Part shown: in pieces, positions 18,973 through 29,509 of the stretch
Numbering within the stretch: the first letter of the stretch is position 1
How the letters are laid out: each line of letters opens with the position of its first letter
Assembly: GCA_965228425.1 (NCBI GenBank)
Contig: OZ245815.1
Location: 2,957,234-3,021,233, forward strand
Length of the DNA stretch: 64,000 nt
Direction of reading: 5' to 3'
Source: Alphaproteobacteria bacterium
GTDB taxonomy: Bacteria; Pseudomonadota; Alphaproteobacteria; UBA8366
Translations under genes and position numbers: made by a program
Notes under the pieces: model-generated
Databases searched by the model: none
Seen by the model: the letters and a program-made list of their open reading frames with translations, nothing else
What the model was told of the DNA's origin: nothing

Positions 18973-21825
18973 TTACGCGCTTTTCCGCCGGGCCGTCTGT
19001 TTCCGGAAATACGGCTGGAGATAGCGGCCGGTATGGCTGCGCGGTTCCTTCGCGATCTCCTCCGGCGTGCCGGTCGCGATGATTTCGCCGCCACGGTTGC
19101 CGCCGTCGGGGCCCAAGTCGACCACATGGTCTGCGGTCTTGATGACTTCCAAGTTGTGCTCGATTACGACCACGGTGTTGCCTTGATCCACCAGCGCCTG
19201 CAGTACTTCCAGCAGCTTGCGGACATCCTCGAAATGGAGCCCGGTGGTCGGCTCGTCCAGGATATAGAGCGTCCGGCCGGTGGCACGTCGCGATAGTTCC
19301 TTGGCGAGCTTGACGCGCTGCGCCTCGCCGCCGGACAGGGTGGTAGCCTGTTGCCCCACGTGGATATAACCGAGGCCGACACGCTTCAGCGTTTCGAGTT
19401 TGTCGCGGATCGACGGAACGGCCTGGAAGAAATCTGCGGCCTCCTCGACCGTCATCTCAAGGACATCGGCGATCGACCTGTCCTTGAAGGTGATTTCGAG
19501 GGTCTCTCGGTTGTAGCGTTTACCCTTGCACACGTCGCATTGGACATACACGTCCGGCAGGAAATGCATCTCGATCTTGATGACGCCGTCGCCTTGGCAC
19601 GCCTCGCAGCGCCCGCCCTTCACGTTGAAGGAGAACCGGCCTGGCGCGTAGCCGCGGGTCTTCGCCTCGGGCAATCCGGAGAACCATTCGCGGATCGGTG
19701 TGAAGGCGCCGGTATAGGTGGCCGGATTGGACCGCGGCGTCCGCCCGATCGGCGACTGATCGATGTCGATCACCTTGTCGAGAAATTCGAGACCCTTGAT
19801 CCGGTCGTGCTCGCCGGGATGGGTGCGGCTGTTGTGCAGGTGCCGGGCGAGTGCGCGATAAAGCGTCTCTACAACGCAGGTCGATTTCCCGCTGCCCGAA
19901 ACGCCGGTGAAGCAGACGAATGTGCCCAGCGGGATCGAGACGTCGATCGATTGCAAATTGTTCGCGCGGGCGCCGACGATTTCGATGGTTTGGCCCGGAT
20001 GGCCCTCGCGGCGCATGTCCGGCATCGGGATTTGCCGGAATCCGGTGAGATACTGCGCGGTAAGGCTCTCGCTCGATTGCATGACCTCGGCGGGTGTGCC
20101 GTGCGCCACCAGCCGGCCGCCGTGAATGCCCGCGCCGGGACCAAGGTCCACGAGATAGTCGGCTTCGCGCATGGCCTCTTCGTCATGCTCGACGACGATG
20201 ACGGTATTTCCCAGATCGCGCAGCCGCTTCAACGTCTCCAGCAATCGGTTGTTGTCGCGGGGATGCAGGCCAATCGACGGCTCATCGAGGACGTAAAGGA
20301 CGCCCATAAGGCCGGATCCGATCTGGGACGCCAACCGAATTCGCTGACTCTCGCCGCCGGACAGCGTTCCGGAGGCACGGTCCAGCGTCAGGTAGTCGAG
20401 TCCCACATCCACGAGGAAGCCGAGCCGCTCGTTGATTTCCTTCAGGATACGCTCGGCGATTTCCTTCTGCTTGTCGTTCAGCGTTGCGTCGAGCGACAGG
20501 AACCAGTCGCGCGCCTCGGCAATCGACATGCGCGACACGTTGGCGATCTGCAATCCATCGATCTTGACGGCGAGCGCTTCAGGCTTCAGCCGGTGCCCGT
20601 CACAGGCGGAGCAGGGATAGACGTTCTGGTAACGCTCCAGCTCCTCGCGCACCCAGCTCGAATCGGTTTCCCGCCAGCGCCGCTGCATGTTCGGCATGAC
20701 ACCTTCGAACGGCTTTTTGGTTTTGTAGCTGCGCAACCCGTCGTCGTACTCCATCGTCACCGGTGTCTTGCCGGTCCCTTGAAGAATGGCGTTCTGGGCT
20801 TCGTCCGGCAGTTCGCGGAAGGGCGTGTGCATGCTCACCGCGAAATGCTTTGCCAGGCTTTCCAACGTTTGCCGGTAGTACGGCGACGTCGATGTGGACC
20901 AGGGGCGGATTGCGCCATCGGAAAGCGACTTGTCGCGGTCCGGCACGATAAGGTCCGGATCGAAATGCATTGTGGTGCCCAGGCCGTCGCAGGTCGGGCA
21001 GGCCCCGAACGGGTTGTTAAAGGAAAAGAGCCGCGGTTCGATTTCGTCGATCGTGAAACCGGACACGGGGCAGGCAAAGCGGGCGGAAAAGATCGTCCGT
21101 TCCTCGGTCGTCGCATCCTCCGCAAAGGCGAGGCCATCGGCGAGTTCGAGGGCAGTCTCGAACGAATCCGCCAGGCGCGACGCGAGGCCGTCCCGCACGA
21201 TCACCCGGTCCACGACCACTTCGATGTCATGTTTCCGTTTTTTGTCGAGCGCCGGCACGTCTTCGATTTCGTAAAGCGTACCGTCGACCTTGACCCGCTG
21301 GAATCCTCGCTTCTGGAGGTCGGCGAACTCCTTACGGTACTCGCCCTTACGGCCCCGCACGATCGGCGCCAACAGATAGAGGCGTGTCCCGTCGTCCATC
21401 GCCATGACGCGGTCGACCATTTGGCTGACGGTCTGGCTTTCGATTGGCAGGCCGGTCGCCGGCGAGTAGGGAATGCCGACCCGGGCGAACAGCAATCGCA
21501 TGTAGTCGTAGATTTCCGTGACCGTGCCGACGGTCGAGCGCGGATTCCGGCTCGTGGTTTTCTGTTCGATCGAAATCGCCGGCGACAGGCCTTCGATCGT
21601 CTCCACGTCAGGCTTTTCCATCAATTCGAGAAACTGCCGCGCGTAGGCGGACAGGCTCTCGACGTAACGGCGCTGTCCCTCGGCATAGATCGTATCGAAG
21701 GCGAGCGACGACTTTCCCGATCCGGACAACCCGGTGACGACGATAAGCTGATCCCGCGGGAGATCGATGTCGATGTTCCGAAGGTTGTGCTCGCGTGCGC
21801 CGCGAATTGTAATCGTGTCGGGCAT
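18973..21825 (-). CDS. uvrA: excinuclease ABC subunit UvrA
   Basis: 950 aa. Two ABC modules ([23 protein letters not shown]), zinc-finger cysteines and [12 protein letters not shown]. Confidence 0.97.
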   Translation of the reverse strand: MPDTITIRGAREHNLRNIDIDLPRDQLIVVTGLSGSGKSSLAFDTIYAEGQRRYVESLSAYARQFLELMEKPDVETIEGLSPAISIEQKTTSRNPRSTVGTVTEIYDYMRLLFARVGIPYSPATGLPIESQTVSQMVDRVMAMDDGTRLYLLAPIVRGRKGEYRKEFADLQKRGFQRVKVDGTLYEIEDVPALDKKRKHDIEVVVDRVIVRDGLASRLADSFETALELADGLAFAEDATTEERTIFSARFACPVSGFTIDEIEPRLFSFNNPFGACPTCDGLGTTMHFDPDLIVPDRDKSLSDGAIRPWSTSTSPYYRQTLESLAKHFAVSMHTPFRELPDEAQNAILQGTGKTPVTMEYDDGLRSYKTKKPFEGVMPNMQRRWRETDSSWVREELERYQNVYPCSACDGHRLKPEALAVKIDGLQIANVSRMSIAEARDWFLSLDATLNDKQKEIAERILKEINERLGFLVDVGLDYLTLDRASGTLSGGESQRIRLASQIGSGLMGVLYVLDEPSIGLHPRDNNRLLETLKRLRDLGNTVIVVEHDEEAMREADYLVDLGPGAGIHGGRLVAHGTPAEVMQSSESLTAQYLTGFRQIPMPDMRREGHPGQTIEIVGARANNLQSIDVSIPLGTFVCFTGVSGSGKSTCVVETLYRALARHLHNSRTHPGEHDRIKGLEFLDKVIDIDQSPIGRTPRSNPATYTGAFTPIREWFSGLPEAKTRGYAPGRFSFNVKGGRCEACQGDGVIKIEMHFLPDVYVQCDVCKGKRYNRETLEITFKDRSIADVLEMTVEEAADFFQAVPSIRDKLETLKRVGLGYIHVGQQATTLSGGEAQRVKLAKELSRRATGRTLYILDEPTTGLHFEDVRKLLEVLQALVDQGNTVVVIEHNLEVIKTADHVVDLGPDGGNRGGEIIATGTPEEIAKEPRSHTGRYLQPYFRKQTARRKSA

Positions 21826-21991
21826 ATTTTGGTGATCCGGTGCGTCAGGAATTGGTCTCGTTCCGTAGATCGAATATAGGCCGCCCGGTCGGGTAGAGCG
21901 ACCCTTGTCGTGCAGGAAAATTGCCCGTGCGATAGCCAGGACGACGGAGTATGATGCCGCCCTGATTTGTCACGGTATAGGTAATGAAGCG

Positions 21992-22462
21992 ATGTCAGGG
22001 AGCGTAAACAAAGTCATTCTCGTCGGAAATCTCGGCCGTGAACCCGAAATCCGGACGATGCAGAATGGCGGCAAGGTCTGCAATCTATCCGTCGCCACGT
22101 CGGAACGTTGGAAAGACCGTAACACCGGCGAGCAGCAAGAACGTACCGAATGGCATCGCGTCGTCATCTTCGACGACCGACTTTGCGATGTCGCCGAACG
22201 CTTCCTGCAAAAAGGATCCAAGGTCTATCTCGAGGGGGAGCTGCAAACCCGCAAGTGGCAGGACCAGAGCGGACAGGATCGGTATTCGACCGAAGTGGTT
22301 TTGCGCCGCTTCCGCGGTGTGCTGACGATGCTCGACAGTCGCGGCGGCGGTGGCGGCGGCGGGGACTATGGTGGCGGGGGAGGCGGCGGCGACAACTTCC
22401 CGCAGGACGACGGAATGTCATCGGGCGCGCCGAACGATCTCGATGACGAGATTCCATTTTAG
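21992..22462 (+). CDS. ssb: single-stranded DNA-binding protein
   Basis: [29 protein letters not shown]..., a Gly-rich linker and the C-terminal DLDDEIPF tip. The ATG at 21992 lies inside the longer ORF. Confidence 0.95.
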   Translation: MSGSVNKVILVGNLGREPEIRTMQNGGKVCNLSVATSERWKDRNTGEQQERTEWHRVVIFDDRLCDVAERFLQKGSKVYLEGELQTRKWQDQSGQDRYSTEVVLRRFRGVLTMLDSRGGGGGGGDYGGGGGGGDNFPQDDGMSSGAPNDLDDEIPF

Positions 22463-22663
22463 AGGGAACGGTGTTCGACCATCCGGGCCGACTCGCAATC
22501 GATGAGCGGGAACGGTATCTGTGGACGGTCTAAGTTGCGCTTGTGATTGGATGTCTCTAAGTTTGTTCGATACTACGCGGATGAGCAGTTGGCATACGGG
22601 TTGGCGAACGCCTCAATCAGTCTTCGTGTGGTGATCAAAAAAGAAGGAGGTTCTGGAAGGACA

Positions 22664-23143
22664 ATGAAACAGATTCTGATTTTGGCATGTGCGCTTGCCG
22701 TGGGTGCATTGGGTGCCTGTGCGAGCATGGAAAGCGGATCCGGCAAATCCGATACGATGGCCAAGAAGGCCGACGCGCCGAAGAAGGCGAAAAAGAAAAA
22801 GAAGAAACGGCCGGCGTCGGGTAGTCCCTTCACGGTTTACTTCAAGCAGAATTCTGCTGAACTGACCGAGAAATCGCAGGGTGACGTTTTCGACATCATG
22901 CAGAAGGTTCGTGTTTACAAACCGAAGTCCGTGCACATCGTGGCGCACACCGATCTGACCGGGTCGGCGGCCGCCAATAAGAAAATGTCCGAGAAGCGCG
23001 CGGCAGAGCTTGCAGGTAAGATGAAGGGTGCCGGCGCCAAGACCGTCACAACGGAAGCGGCGGGTGATACGCAACCGCTTGTCGATGTAAAAGGACCGAG
23101 CGCGGCTAACCGCCGTGGCATCATCATCTTCAAGAAGAAGTAA
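22664..23143 (+). CDS. OmpA-like (peptidoglycan-associated) lipoprotein, paralogue 1, with a poly-Lys linker
   Basis: AAGGAGG SD. Lipobox LGAC. KKAKKKKKKR linker. OmpA_C-type domain (FTVYFKQNSAELT..., VAHTDLTGSAAANKKMSEKRA, NRRGIIIF). Confidence 0.8.
   Translation: MKQILILACALAVGALGACASMESGSGKSDTMAKKADAPKKAKKKKKKRPASGSPFTVYFKQNSAELTEKSQGDVFDIMQKVRVYKPKSVHIVAHTDLTGSAAANKKMSEKRAAELAGKMKGAGAKTVTTEAAGDTQPLVDVKGPSAANRRGIIIFKKK
22781..22810 (+). repeat. purine (AAG/AAA) low-complexity tract encoding KKAKKKKKKR
   Basis: aagaaggcgaaaaagaaaaagaagaaacgg, in frame within paralogue 1. Confidence 0.9.
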
Positions 23144-23188
23144 TCGGTTTCACTCACCGCGCCTATTCAGACGCGGAACGGTTCGGAG

Positions 23189-23221
23189 AGCGGGTCAATT
23201 TTGGCCCGCTTTTCGCTTTTT
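23189..23221 (+). terminator. intrinsic terminator after OmpA-like paralogue 1
   Basis: AGCGGGUC-aauuuu-GGCCCGCU followed by UUUCGCUUUUU. Confidence 0.6.
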
Positions 23222-23414
23222 GGGCATGGTGTGTGTTGCCAGAAAGATTGACTAGATTCAGGGTTGTAGAAAAAAACTTCCTCGCCATGGAGTTGCGCAT
23301 ACCGCGTTATGGGCATAGGCTCGCCGGAAGAGGGGCATAACTCTCGTAGCACCCCAATCTGAAGTTGGGGATTTAACGTACTCGGGGCACTAAATTTTGA
23401 GAGGTATCTTCACA

Positions 23415-24245
23415 ATGACTATGAGGATTGTACTGGCAAGCGCGGCCTGTGCGCTGATATTGGGCGCCTGCGCGAGTTCCGATCAGGTAAAGGAAGCTGC
23501 GAATGCGAAGCCGACCGGTTCCGCTTTCAGCCAAAGCCTGCATAAGGAATATGTCAACCTGGCCAAAGCCGAACTCGCCGAAGGCGATCGGGGCGATGCG
23601 TCGCATTTCGCACTCAAGGCGAAAGAGGCCGCCTCCGGCAAGTCCGTGTCGCCGGACGACTTTAAAATCCGAACGATCGGGGGCCCGGCGGGCAAGACCT
23701 TGAAAGGCGAACGCACGCGTTTGATTTCCGCTCTCGGGGGCGCGGAGGCCAAGCGCAAACCGGCCGTCGCCGCGAAGGCCCAGGGCATGTTCGATTGCTG
23801 GATGCAGGAGCAGGAAGAAGGCTGGCAGTCGAAGGACATTAAGGCCTGCCGAACCGGCTATGAAAAGGCCATGGCGCTGCTGACTCCGAAGAAGAAAAAG
23901 AAAAAGAAAAAGGCATCCTCCAAGAGTCCGTACACCGTCTATTTCAAGTTCGATTCGACGGACCTGACCGATAAGTCGGAAGGCGCGCTGTACGACGTCA
24001 TGCAGGACGTTCGGAAGTTCAAGCCGAAAACCGTGCACGTGGTCGCGTATACCGATCTTTCGGGCGACGCCGGTTACAACGCGAAGCTTGCCGCGAAACG
24101 CGCCGCGGATCTTGAGAAGAAACTCAAGGATGCGGGTGCGAAGAATGTAACGGTGGAAGCCAAGGGTGAGGCAGATCCGATCGTGGATACGGGCAAACCG
24201 AACCAACCCAATCGGCGTGCCATCATCGTCTTTAAGAAAAAATAA
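23415..24245 (+). CDS. OmpA-like lipoprotein, paralogue 2 (extra helical N-terminal domain, K8 linker)
   Basis: Lipobox ILGAC. K8 run. C-terminal domain YTVYFKFDSTDLT..., VAYTDLSGDAGYNAKLAAKRA, NRRAIIVFKKK is colinear with paralogue 1. The start could be 23397, 23415 or 23421. Confidence 0.8.
   Translation: MTMRIVLASAACALILGACASSDQVKEAANAKPTGSAFSQSLHKEYVNLAKAELAEGDRGDASHFALKAKEAASGKSVSPDDFKIRTIGGPAGKTLKGERTRLISALGGAEAKRKPAVAAKAQGMFDCWMQEQEEGWQSKDIKACRTGYEKAMALLTPKKKKKKKKASSKSPYTVYFKFDSTDLTDKSEGALYDVMQDVRKFKPKTVHVVAYTDLSGDAGYNAKLAAKRAADLEKKLKDAGAKNVTVEAKGEADPIVDTGKPNQPNRRAIIVFKKK
23889..23912 (+). repeat. eight consecutive Lys codons (AAG/AAA mix)
   Basis: aagaagaaaaagaaaaagaaaaag, in frame within paralogue 2. 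The longest pure A run is 5. Confidence 0.9.
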
Positions 24246-24449
24246 CGGCGTCTAGGAATCCGCGGGAACCGGGGTAGGGCAAATGCCTTTCCCCGGGGCC
24301 TGCGTATTTCTATCCGCACTGAGCATGGTGGTCGGTGCCATCGGACGCCGGAGGCTGGACCGGTGCCGGTCTAAGGGCGGACGGCCGCTCTCCGGCGGCT
24401 CGGCATGTGTGCAATAATCAAACCGCGATAATTCAGGGAATCGGGGAAA

Positions 24450-25271
24450 ATGGAAGAATCAGTCACAGAAACGGTCGATGCGATTGTCGAGGTCGTGGCC
24501 ACTTACGGTCTCGATGTCGTCGGCGCGATCGTCATTCTCGTCGTTGGATTGATGTTCGCCGGATGGGCGCATCGCACGAGCCTGAAGGGCTTTTCCAAAA
24601 TCGACAAGCTGGATCCGATGCTGCGGAGTTTCTTTGCCAGCATCATCAAGTATTTCGTCATCATCGTCGTCGTTTTGGCGGTGCTCAATCAATTCGGCGT
24701 TCAGACGACAAGTCTCATCGCTGTTCTTGGTGCTGCGGGCTTGGCCATCGGTTTGGCTTTGCAAGGCACGCTCAGCAATGTGGCGGCCGGCGTCATGCTG
24801 TTGATATTCCGGCCGTTCAAGGTAGGCGACGTGATCGATGCGGCCGGGCAATTCGGCAAGGTGCACAGCCTGACCTTGTTCGTGACCGAAATGAATACGG
24901 GCGACAACGTCCACATCATTATCCCGAACAGTCAAATCTGGGGCTCCGCAGTCAAGAACTTCAGTCACAACGCAACCCGCCGGGTCGATCTCGTGGTCGG
25001 CATTGGCTATGCGGACGACATCAACAAGGCGATAGATTCGATCCATTCGGTCATCAAGGCCGACGATCGCGCGCACGAGACACCGGACGTATTGGTGGCG
25101 GTAACGGAGTTGGCCGATAGCTCGGTCAATTTGGTGATACGCGTCTGGTGCGATGCCGGAAATTACTGGCCGTTGAAGTTCGACCTCACCAAGGCGATCA
25201 AGGAGCGCTTGGATGCGGAGGACATCTCCATACCGTATCCGCAACACGACATTCATATGGTGCAAGGTTAG
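24450..25271 (+). CDS. mechanosensitive ion channel family protein (MscS-type)
   Basis: 273 aa. Three N-terminal TM helices, then LSNVAAGVMLLIFRPFKVGDVI..G.VHSLTLFVTEMNTGDN..IIPNS, which is the typical MscS beta-domain. Confidence 0.85.
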   Translation: MEESVTETVDAIVEVVATYGLDVVGAIVILVVGLMFAGWAHRTSLKGFSKIDKLDPMLRSFFASIIKYFVIIVVVLAVLNQFGVQTTSLIAVLGAAGLAIGLALQGTLSNVAAGVMLLIFRPFKVGDVIDAAGQFGKVHSLTLFVTEMNTGDNVHIIIPNSQIWGSAVKNFSHNATRRVDLVVGIGYADDINKAIDSIHSVIKADDRAHETPDVLVAVTELADSSVNLVIRVWCDAGNYWPLKFDLTKAIKERLDAEDISIPYPQHDIHMVQG

Positions 25272-25310
25272 CCATATCGCGTTTCGCGGGGTTTACCCGC
25301 GGTAAACGGT

Positions 25311-25355
25311 CGGCGCCGAAGGCCATTTTTTGGCTTTCGGCGCCTTTTTCTATGT
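25311..25355 (+). terminator. strong intrinsic terminator after mscS-family gene
   Basis: GGCGCCGAAGGCCA-uuuuu-UGGCUUUCGGCGCC followed by UUUUUCUAUGUUUUU. Confidence 0.75.
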
Positions 25356-25393
25356 TTTTCAAATGCTTGGTGTCTGGCATTGGCTCGAATCCG

Positions 25394-25409
25394 TTAACAG
25401 TGTGTTAAC
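25394..25409 (+). promoter_or_regulatory. perfect CtrA-type box TTAA-N7-TTAAC
   Basis: TTAAcagtgtgTTAAC lies ~165 nt upstream of OmpA-like paralogue 3. A TTAACCAT half-site follows at 25469-25476. Confidence 0.45.
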
Positions 25410-25572
25410 CCGCACGAGCAAGAATCCTGGGAACTAGTCACGGCGGATTATCTCGTGATGCCAGGATGTTAACCATATTTCGCAGGCTGGCGTCCGTGGC
25501 CTTTCAAGGGACGAGAGTGCCCCGCTTCGTATGGGCGTTCCGTACGTGAGTTTTCGCACGGAGGAAGAGAGA

Positions 25573-25998
25573 ATGAAGGTAAGAATGATTCTGTTCAGCA
25601 TCGCCACGCTCACCTTGTTGGGGGCGTGCCAAACGATGTCTGAATACGGCGACAAGATGAAGAGCTGGGTCGCTCTGGAAGAGGATAAGAAATACGTTGT
25701 CTACTTCCGGTCCAACTCTACCGCATTGACCGAATCGTCCGAAGGCACGCTGTATGACGTCATGCAGCAAATCCGCCAGGACAAGGTCGAGAAAGTGCGG
25801 GTCGTCGCCTATACCGACAGTAAGGGAAGCCCGAAATATAACCAGCAGCTTTCGATGCGACGGGCCGAGTCGATCAAAAAACGTCTATCGACCAGCGGAG
25901 CCGATGCGATCGAGGTCGCCGGTGCCGGCGAGACGGACGCGACAAGTTCCGTCAGTGGTGAAAAGGCCCGTCGGGCTGAAATTTTTCTCAATAAATAA
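25573..25998 (+). CDS. OmpA-like lipoprotein, paralogue 3 (short, no poly-Lys)
   Basis: GGAGGAAGAGAGA SD. Lipobox LLGAC. YVVYFRSNSTALT..., VAYTDSKGSPKYNQQLSMRRA, RRAEIFLNK. Confidence 0.75.
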   Translation: MKVRMILFSIATLTLLGACQTMSEYGDKMKSWVALEEDKKYVVYFRSNSTALTESSEGTLYDVMQQIRQDKVEKVRVVAYTDSKGSPKYNQQLSMRRAESIKKRLSTSGADAIEVAGAGETDATSSVSGEKARRAEIFLNK

Positions 25999-26019
25999 CA
26001 GTTAGTTATAAGTCGATTT

Positions 26020-26058
26020 GGCGGAGGGACGAGAATTCGTCTCTCCGCCTTTTCTTTT
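26020..26058 (+). terminator. intrinsic terminator after OmpA-like paralogue 3
   Basis: GGCGGAGGGACGA-gaau-UCGUCUCUCCGCC followed by UUUUCUUUU. Confidence 0.7.
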
Positions 26059-26202
26059 ACCGCAGCCCGCACTGCGGTCGCGCCCTCGCATTGTTTGTGC
26101 GGCGCTGTTCTGCTACATTTCGGGCGTCGTTTGGGAGGGGTGCACGAGGCATTCTCTCAAGCAAACCATTCCCTTAACCCACATCGAATCCGATAACCCG
26201 AT

Positions 26203-28893
26203 TTGAGCAATCCGCCCACCGGCGACAAGCCGTTTGACATAAGCCAGGTCACGATTGAGGAGGAGATGAAGCGCTCCTACCTCGATTACGCGATGAGCGT
26301 GATCGTGAGCCGTGCGCTTCCGGACGTGCGCGACGGGTTGAAGCCCGTGCATCGGCGCATCCTCTATTCCATGAAGGAAGGGGGATACGATTCGAGCAAG
26401 CCGTACCGCAAGTCGGCCCGGATCGTGGGCGAGGTCATGGGCAAATATCATCCCCATGGCGACCAGGCGATCTACGACGCGATGGTGCGGATGGCGCAGG
26501 ATTTCTCGATGCGGCTGCCGCTCATCGACGGACAGGGCAATTTCGGGTCCATGGACGGCGATCCGGCCGCGGCGATGCGCTATACCGAGGCCCGGCTGGC
26601 CAAGGCGGCGGAGTCGCTGCTGGACGATATCGACAAGGAAACCGTCGATTTTCAGCCGAACTACGACGATTCCATCGAGGAACCGGCGGTTCTGCCCGCC
26701 CGTTACCCGAATATGCTGGTCAACGGGGCCGGCGGTATCGCGGTTGGTATGGCGACGAATATCCCGCCGCATAATCTCGGCGAAGTCATCGATGCCTGTC
26801 TGGCCTATATCGAGAATCCGGAAATCACCCCGGACGAGTTGATCGAAATCGTTCCGGGGCCGGATTTCCCGACCGGTGCGCTGATCCTCGGCCGCAACGG
26901 GATCCGGGCTGCCTACCATACCGGCCGCGGCTCCGTCGTGATGCGCGGCCGTACGCATGTCGAACCTGCGGGCAAAGACCGCGAAGCGATCGTCGTCACC
27001 GAAATCCCGTATCAGGTGAACAAGGCGCGGATGCTGGAACGCATTGCGGAGTTGGTGCGCGACAAGACGATCGAAGGCATTTCCGATCTGCGCGACGAGT
27101 CGGACCGAGAAGGTCTGCGCGTCGTGATCGAACTGCGGCGCGATACCATTGCCGACGTCATTCTGGCCCAGCTCTACCGGTATTCGCCGCTGCAAACCAG
27201 CTTCGGCGTCAACATGCTGGCCTTGAACCAAGGGCGGCCCGAGATGATGCCGCTCAAGGAGATCATTGCAGCCTTCGTGGAGTTCCGCGAAGAGGTCATC
27301 ACCCGCCGGACGGTCTACGAATTGCGCAGGGCCCGCGATCGGGCCCATGTCCTTGCCGGATTACTGGTGGCCATCAACAATATCGATCCGGTGATCGAGT
27401 TGATCCGTGCCGCGCCGGATCCCGCGACCGCGCGCGAGCAGTTGATGGCCCGCGATTGGCCGGCCACCGATGTCGAGCCGTTCATCAAAATCATCGACGA
27501 TCCGGGACATGAGGTGGTCGACGGCAAATACCGCCTTTCGGAAACCCAGGCGCGCGCGATCCTTGAACTGCGCCTGCAACGGTTGACCGGCATGGAACGC
27601 GAGAAGCTGGCCGAGGAGACCAACGAACTCGCCGCACGAATCAACGGCTATCTGGAAATTCTGCAATCCCGCGAGCGCCTCGTCGAAGTCATGCGTGAAG
27701 AGTTGGTGGAGATGCGGGATGCCTATGCCAACGATCGCCGCACGACCATCGAGGAAGCGGAATTCGAGCACGACATCGAAGACCTGATACAACGCGAAGA
27801 CATGGTCGTGACGGTAACCCATGCCGGCTACATCAAACGGGTGCCGTTGTCGACTTATCGGGCGCAGCGCCGTGGCGGACGGGGCCGGGCGGGAATGAGC
27901 ACCCGTGACGGCGATTTCCTAAGCCGCGTGTTCGTGACGTCGACGCATACGTCGGTGTTGTTCTTCTCGACCCGCGGCATCGTGTACGAGATGAAGGTCT
28001 ACAAATTACCGCTCGGCAGCCCGACGGCGCGCGGTAAGGCGATGGTGAACCTTTTGCCACTCGAGGAAGGGGAGTCGATCTCCACGGTCATGACGTTGCC
28101 CGAGGAGGAAGAACAGCAGCAAGAGAAGTTCGTGATGTTCTCGACTGCCGGCGGCAACGTTCGCCGGAACCGGCTGAGTGATTTCGTTAACATCAAGGCG
28201 AACGGCAAGATCGCGATGAAGCTCGCCGATGGCGACCGCCTCGTGAACGTCCGTATTTGCAAAGAAGATCAAGATGTTGTGCTTGCCAGCCGGAAGGGGA
28301 TGTGCATTCGCTTCCCCGTTACCGATGTTCGCGTCTTCACGGGCCGGACATCCACCGGCGTCCGCGGCATTCGCCTCGACAAGGGCGACGAGGTGATTTC
28401 CATGTCGATCCTGACGCATGCAGAAATCGACATGAACGTGCGGGACGACTATCTGCGCATCGCAGCGCATAACCGGCGGACCGACGGAAACGGCGGCGAG
28501 AACGGCGATAACCTGCCCGAAATGGCGGTTGACCAGTTCAACGAGCTTGCCGAACGCGAACAGTTCATTCTCGCCGTGACCGAAAAGGGCTTCGGCAAGC
28601 GGACCTCCGCCTACGAATACCGGGTGACGGGACGGGGCGGTAAAGGCATCGGCAATCTGGACGTGACCGACCGTAACGGGCCCGTCGCCGCGACTTTCCC
28701 CATCGATTCAAGCGATCAGATCATGCTTGTGACCGATGCGGGGCAATTGATTCGCTGCCCGGTTGACGATATTCGTATCGCCGGACGGAAGACACAGGGC
28801 GTGACGCTGTTTCGCGTCGACGATGACGAGAAGGTCGTGTCGGTCGCGCGCCTGCGGGAAGTGGGCGACGAAGACGACGAAGACGAGCAATAA
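26203..28893 (+). CDS. gyrA: DNA gyrase subunit A
   Basis: 896 aa. [37 protein letters not shown], active-site region AAMRYTE, a C-terminal beta-pinwheel and an acidic tail. TTG start at 26203, which is uncertain. Confidence 0.97.
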   Translation: MSNPPTGDKPFDISQVTIEEEMKRSYLDYAMSVIVSRALPDVRDGLKPVHRRILYSMKEGGYDSSKPYRKSARIVGEVMGKYHPHGDQAIYDAMVRMAQDFSMRLPLIDGQGNFGSMDGDPAAAMRYTEARLAKAAESLLDDIDKETVDFQPNYDDSIEEPAVLPARYPNMLVNGAGGIAVGMATNIPPHNLGEVIDACLAYIENPEITPDELIEIVPGPDFPTGALILGRNGIRAAYHTGRGSVVMRGRTHVEPAGKDREAIVVTEIPYQVNKARMLERIAELVRDKTIEGISDLRDESDREGLRVVIELRRDTIADVILAQLYRYSPLQTSFGVNMLALNQGRPEMMPLKEIIAAFVEFREEVITRRTVYELRRARDRAHVLAGLLVAINNIDPVIELIRAAPDPATAREQLMARDWPATDVEPFIKIIDDPGHEVVDGKYRLSETQARAILELRLQRLTGMEREKLAEETNELAARINGYLEILQSRERLVEVMREELVEMRDAYANDRRTTIEEAEFEHDIEDLIQREDMVVTVTHAGYIKRVPLSTYRAQRRGGRGRAGMSTRDGDFLSRVFVTSTHTSVLFFSTRGIVYEMKVYKLPLGSPTARGKAMVNLLPLEEGESISTVMTLPEEEEQQQEKFVMFSTAGGNVRRNRLSDFVNIKANGKIAMKLADGDRLVNVRICKEDQDVVLASRKGMCIRFPVTDVRVFTGRTSTGVRGIRLDKGDEVISMSILTHAEIDMNVRDDYLRIAAHNRRTDGNGGENGDNLPEMAVDQFNELAEREQFILAVTEKGFGKRTSAYEYRVTGRGGKGIGNLDVTDRNGPVAATFPIDSSDQIMLVTDAGQLIRCPVDDIRIAGRKTQGVTLFRVDDDEKVVSVARLREVGDEDDEDEQ

Positions 28894-28921
28894 GGACCTC
28901 GGAGAAAAGGAATAACGAAGA

Positions 28922-29428
28922 ATGTCTGAGGATCGTGTGGGCCTATATCCCGGAACGTTCGACCCCATTACGAATGGGCATCTCGACATCATCACGCGTG
29001 CCGCGAACCATCTTGTGGACACGCTGATCGTGGCTGTAGCCCGCAATATCGGCAAAGGGCCGCTGTTTAGCGTCGACGAGCGCGTTCAGATGGTCAAAGA
29101 CGAGGTCACCGCGAACGGCGATCGGCTCAGGGCCGACATTATCGTGAAATCCTTCGACAATCTGCTCGTGGATTTTGCCCGTGAGAACGGCGCTGGGATG
29201 ATCGTGCGCGGCCTGCGCGCCGTCTCGGACTTCGAGTATGAATTTCAAATGGCCTCGATGAACCGGTGCCTGGACGATGGAATTGAGACCACATTCCTAA
29301 TGGCGTCGGATCGCAATCACTTCATCTCGTCGCGTTTCGTTAAGGAAATCGCGATGTTGGGCGGAGACATCAAACCCTTCGTGCCCGCGCGAATCGCCGA
29401 GATCGTCGATACGAAATTCTCCCGCTGA
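28922..29428 (+). CDS. coaD: phosphopantetheine adenylyltransferase
   Basis: VGLYPGTFDPITNGHLDIITRA..., GLRAVSDFEYEFQMA. Confidence 0.95.
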   Translation: MSEDRVGLYPGTFDPITNGHLDIITRAANHLVDTLIVAVARNIGKGPLFSVDERVQMVKDEVTANGDRLRADIIVKSFDNLLVDFARENGAGMIVRGLRAVSDFEYEFQMASMNRCLDDGIETTFLMASDRNHFISSRFVKEIAMLGGDIKPFVPARIAEIVDTKFSR

Positions 29429-29509
29429 CAAGATTTGGTTAAGCATTTCTTCGTTTAATACCCGCTGGGGCCGGCGTTTCCGCTGGTCATTGAACATGAC
29501 TCAGCGGGC

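Noticed and set aside
19351-21879. 842-aa ORF on the plus strand
   Set aside because: It lies entirely antisense to the unambiguous uvrA gene. Its Arg/Gly/Ala/Pro-rich, low-complexity translation is typical of shadow ORFs in GC-rich DNA.
21826-21991. Search for an alphaproteobacterial SOS (LexA) box GTTC-N7-GTTC between divergent uvrA and ssb
   Set aside because: The only near-match is GTTCcgtagatCGAA, in which the second half-site is wrong. I found no convincing LexA box on either strand.
23167-23352. 61-aa minus-strand ORF between OmpA-like paralogues 1 and 2
   Set aside because: It overlaps the paralogue-1 terminator, has no SD and shows no recognisable features.
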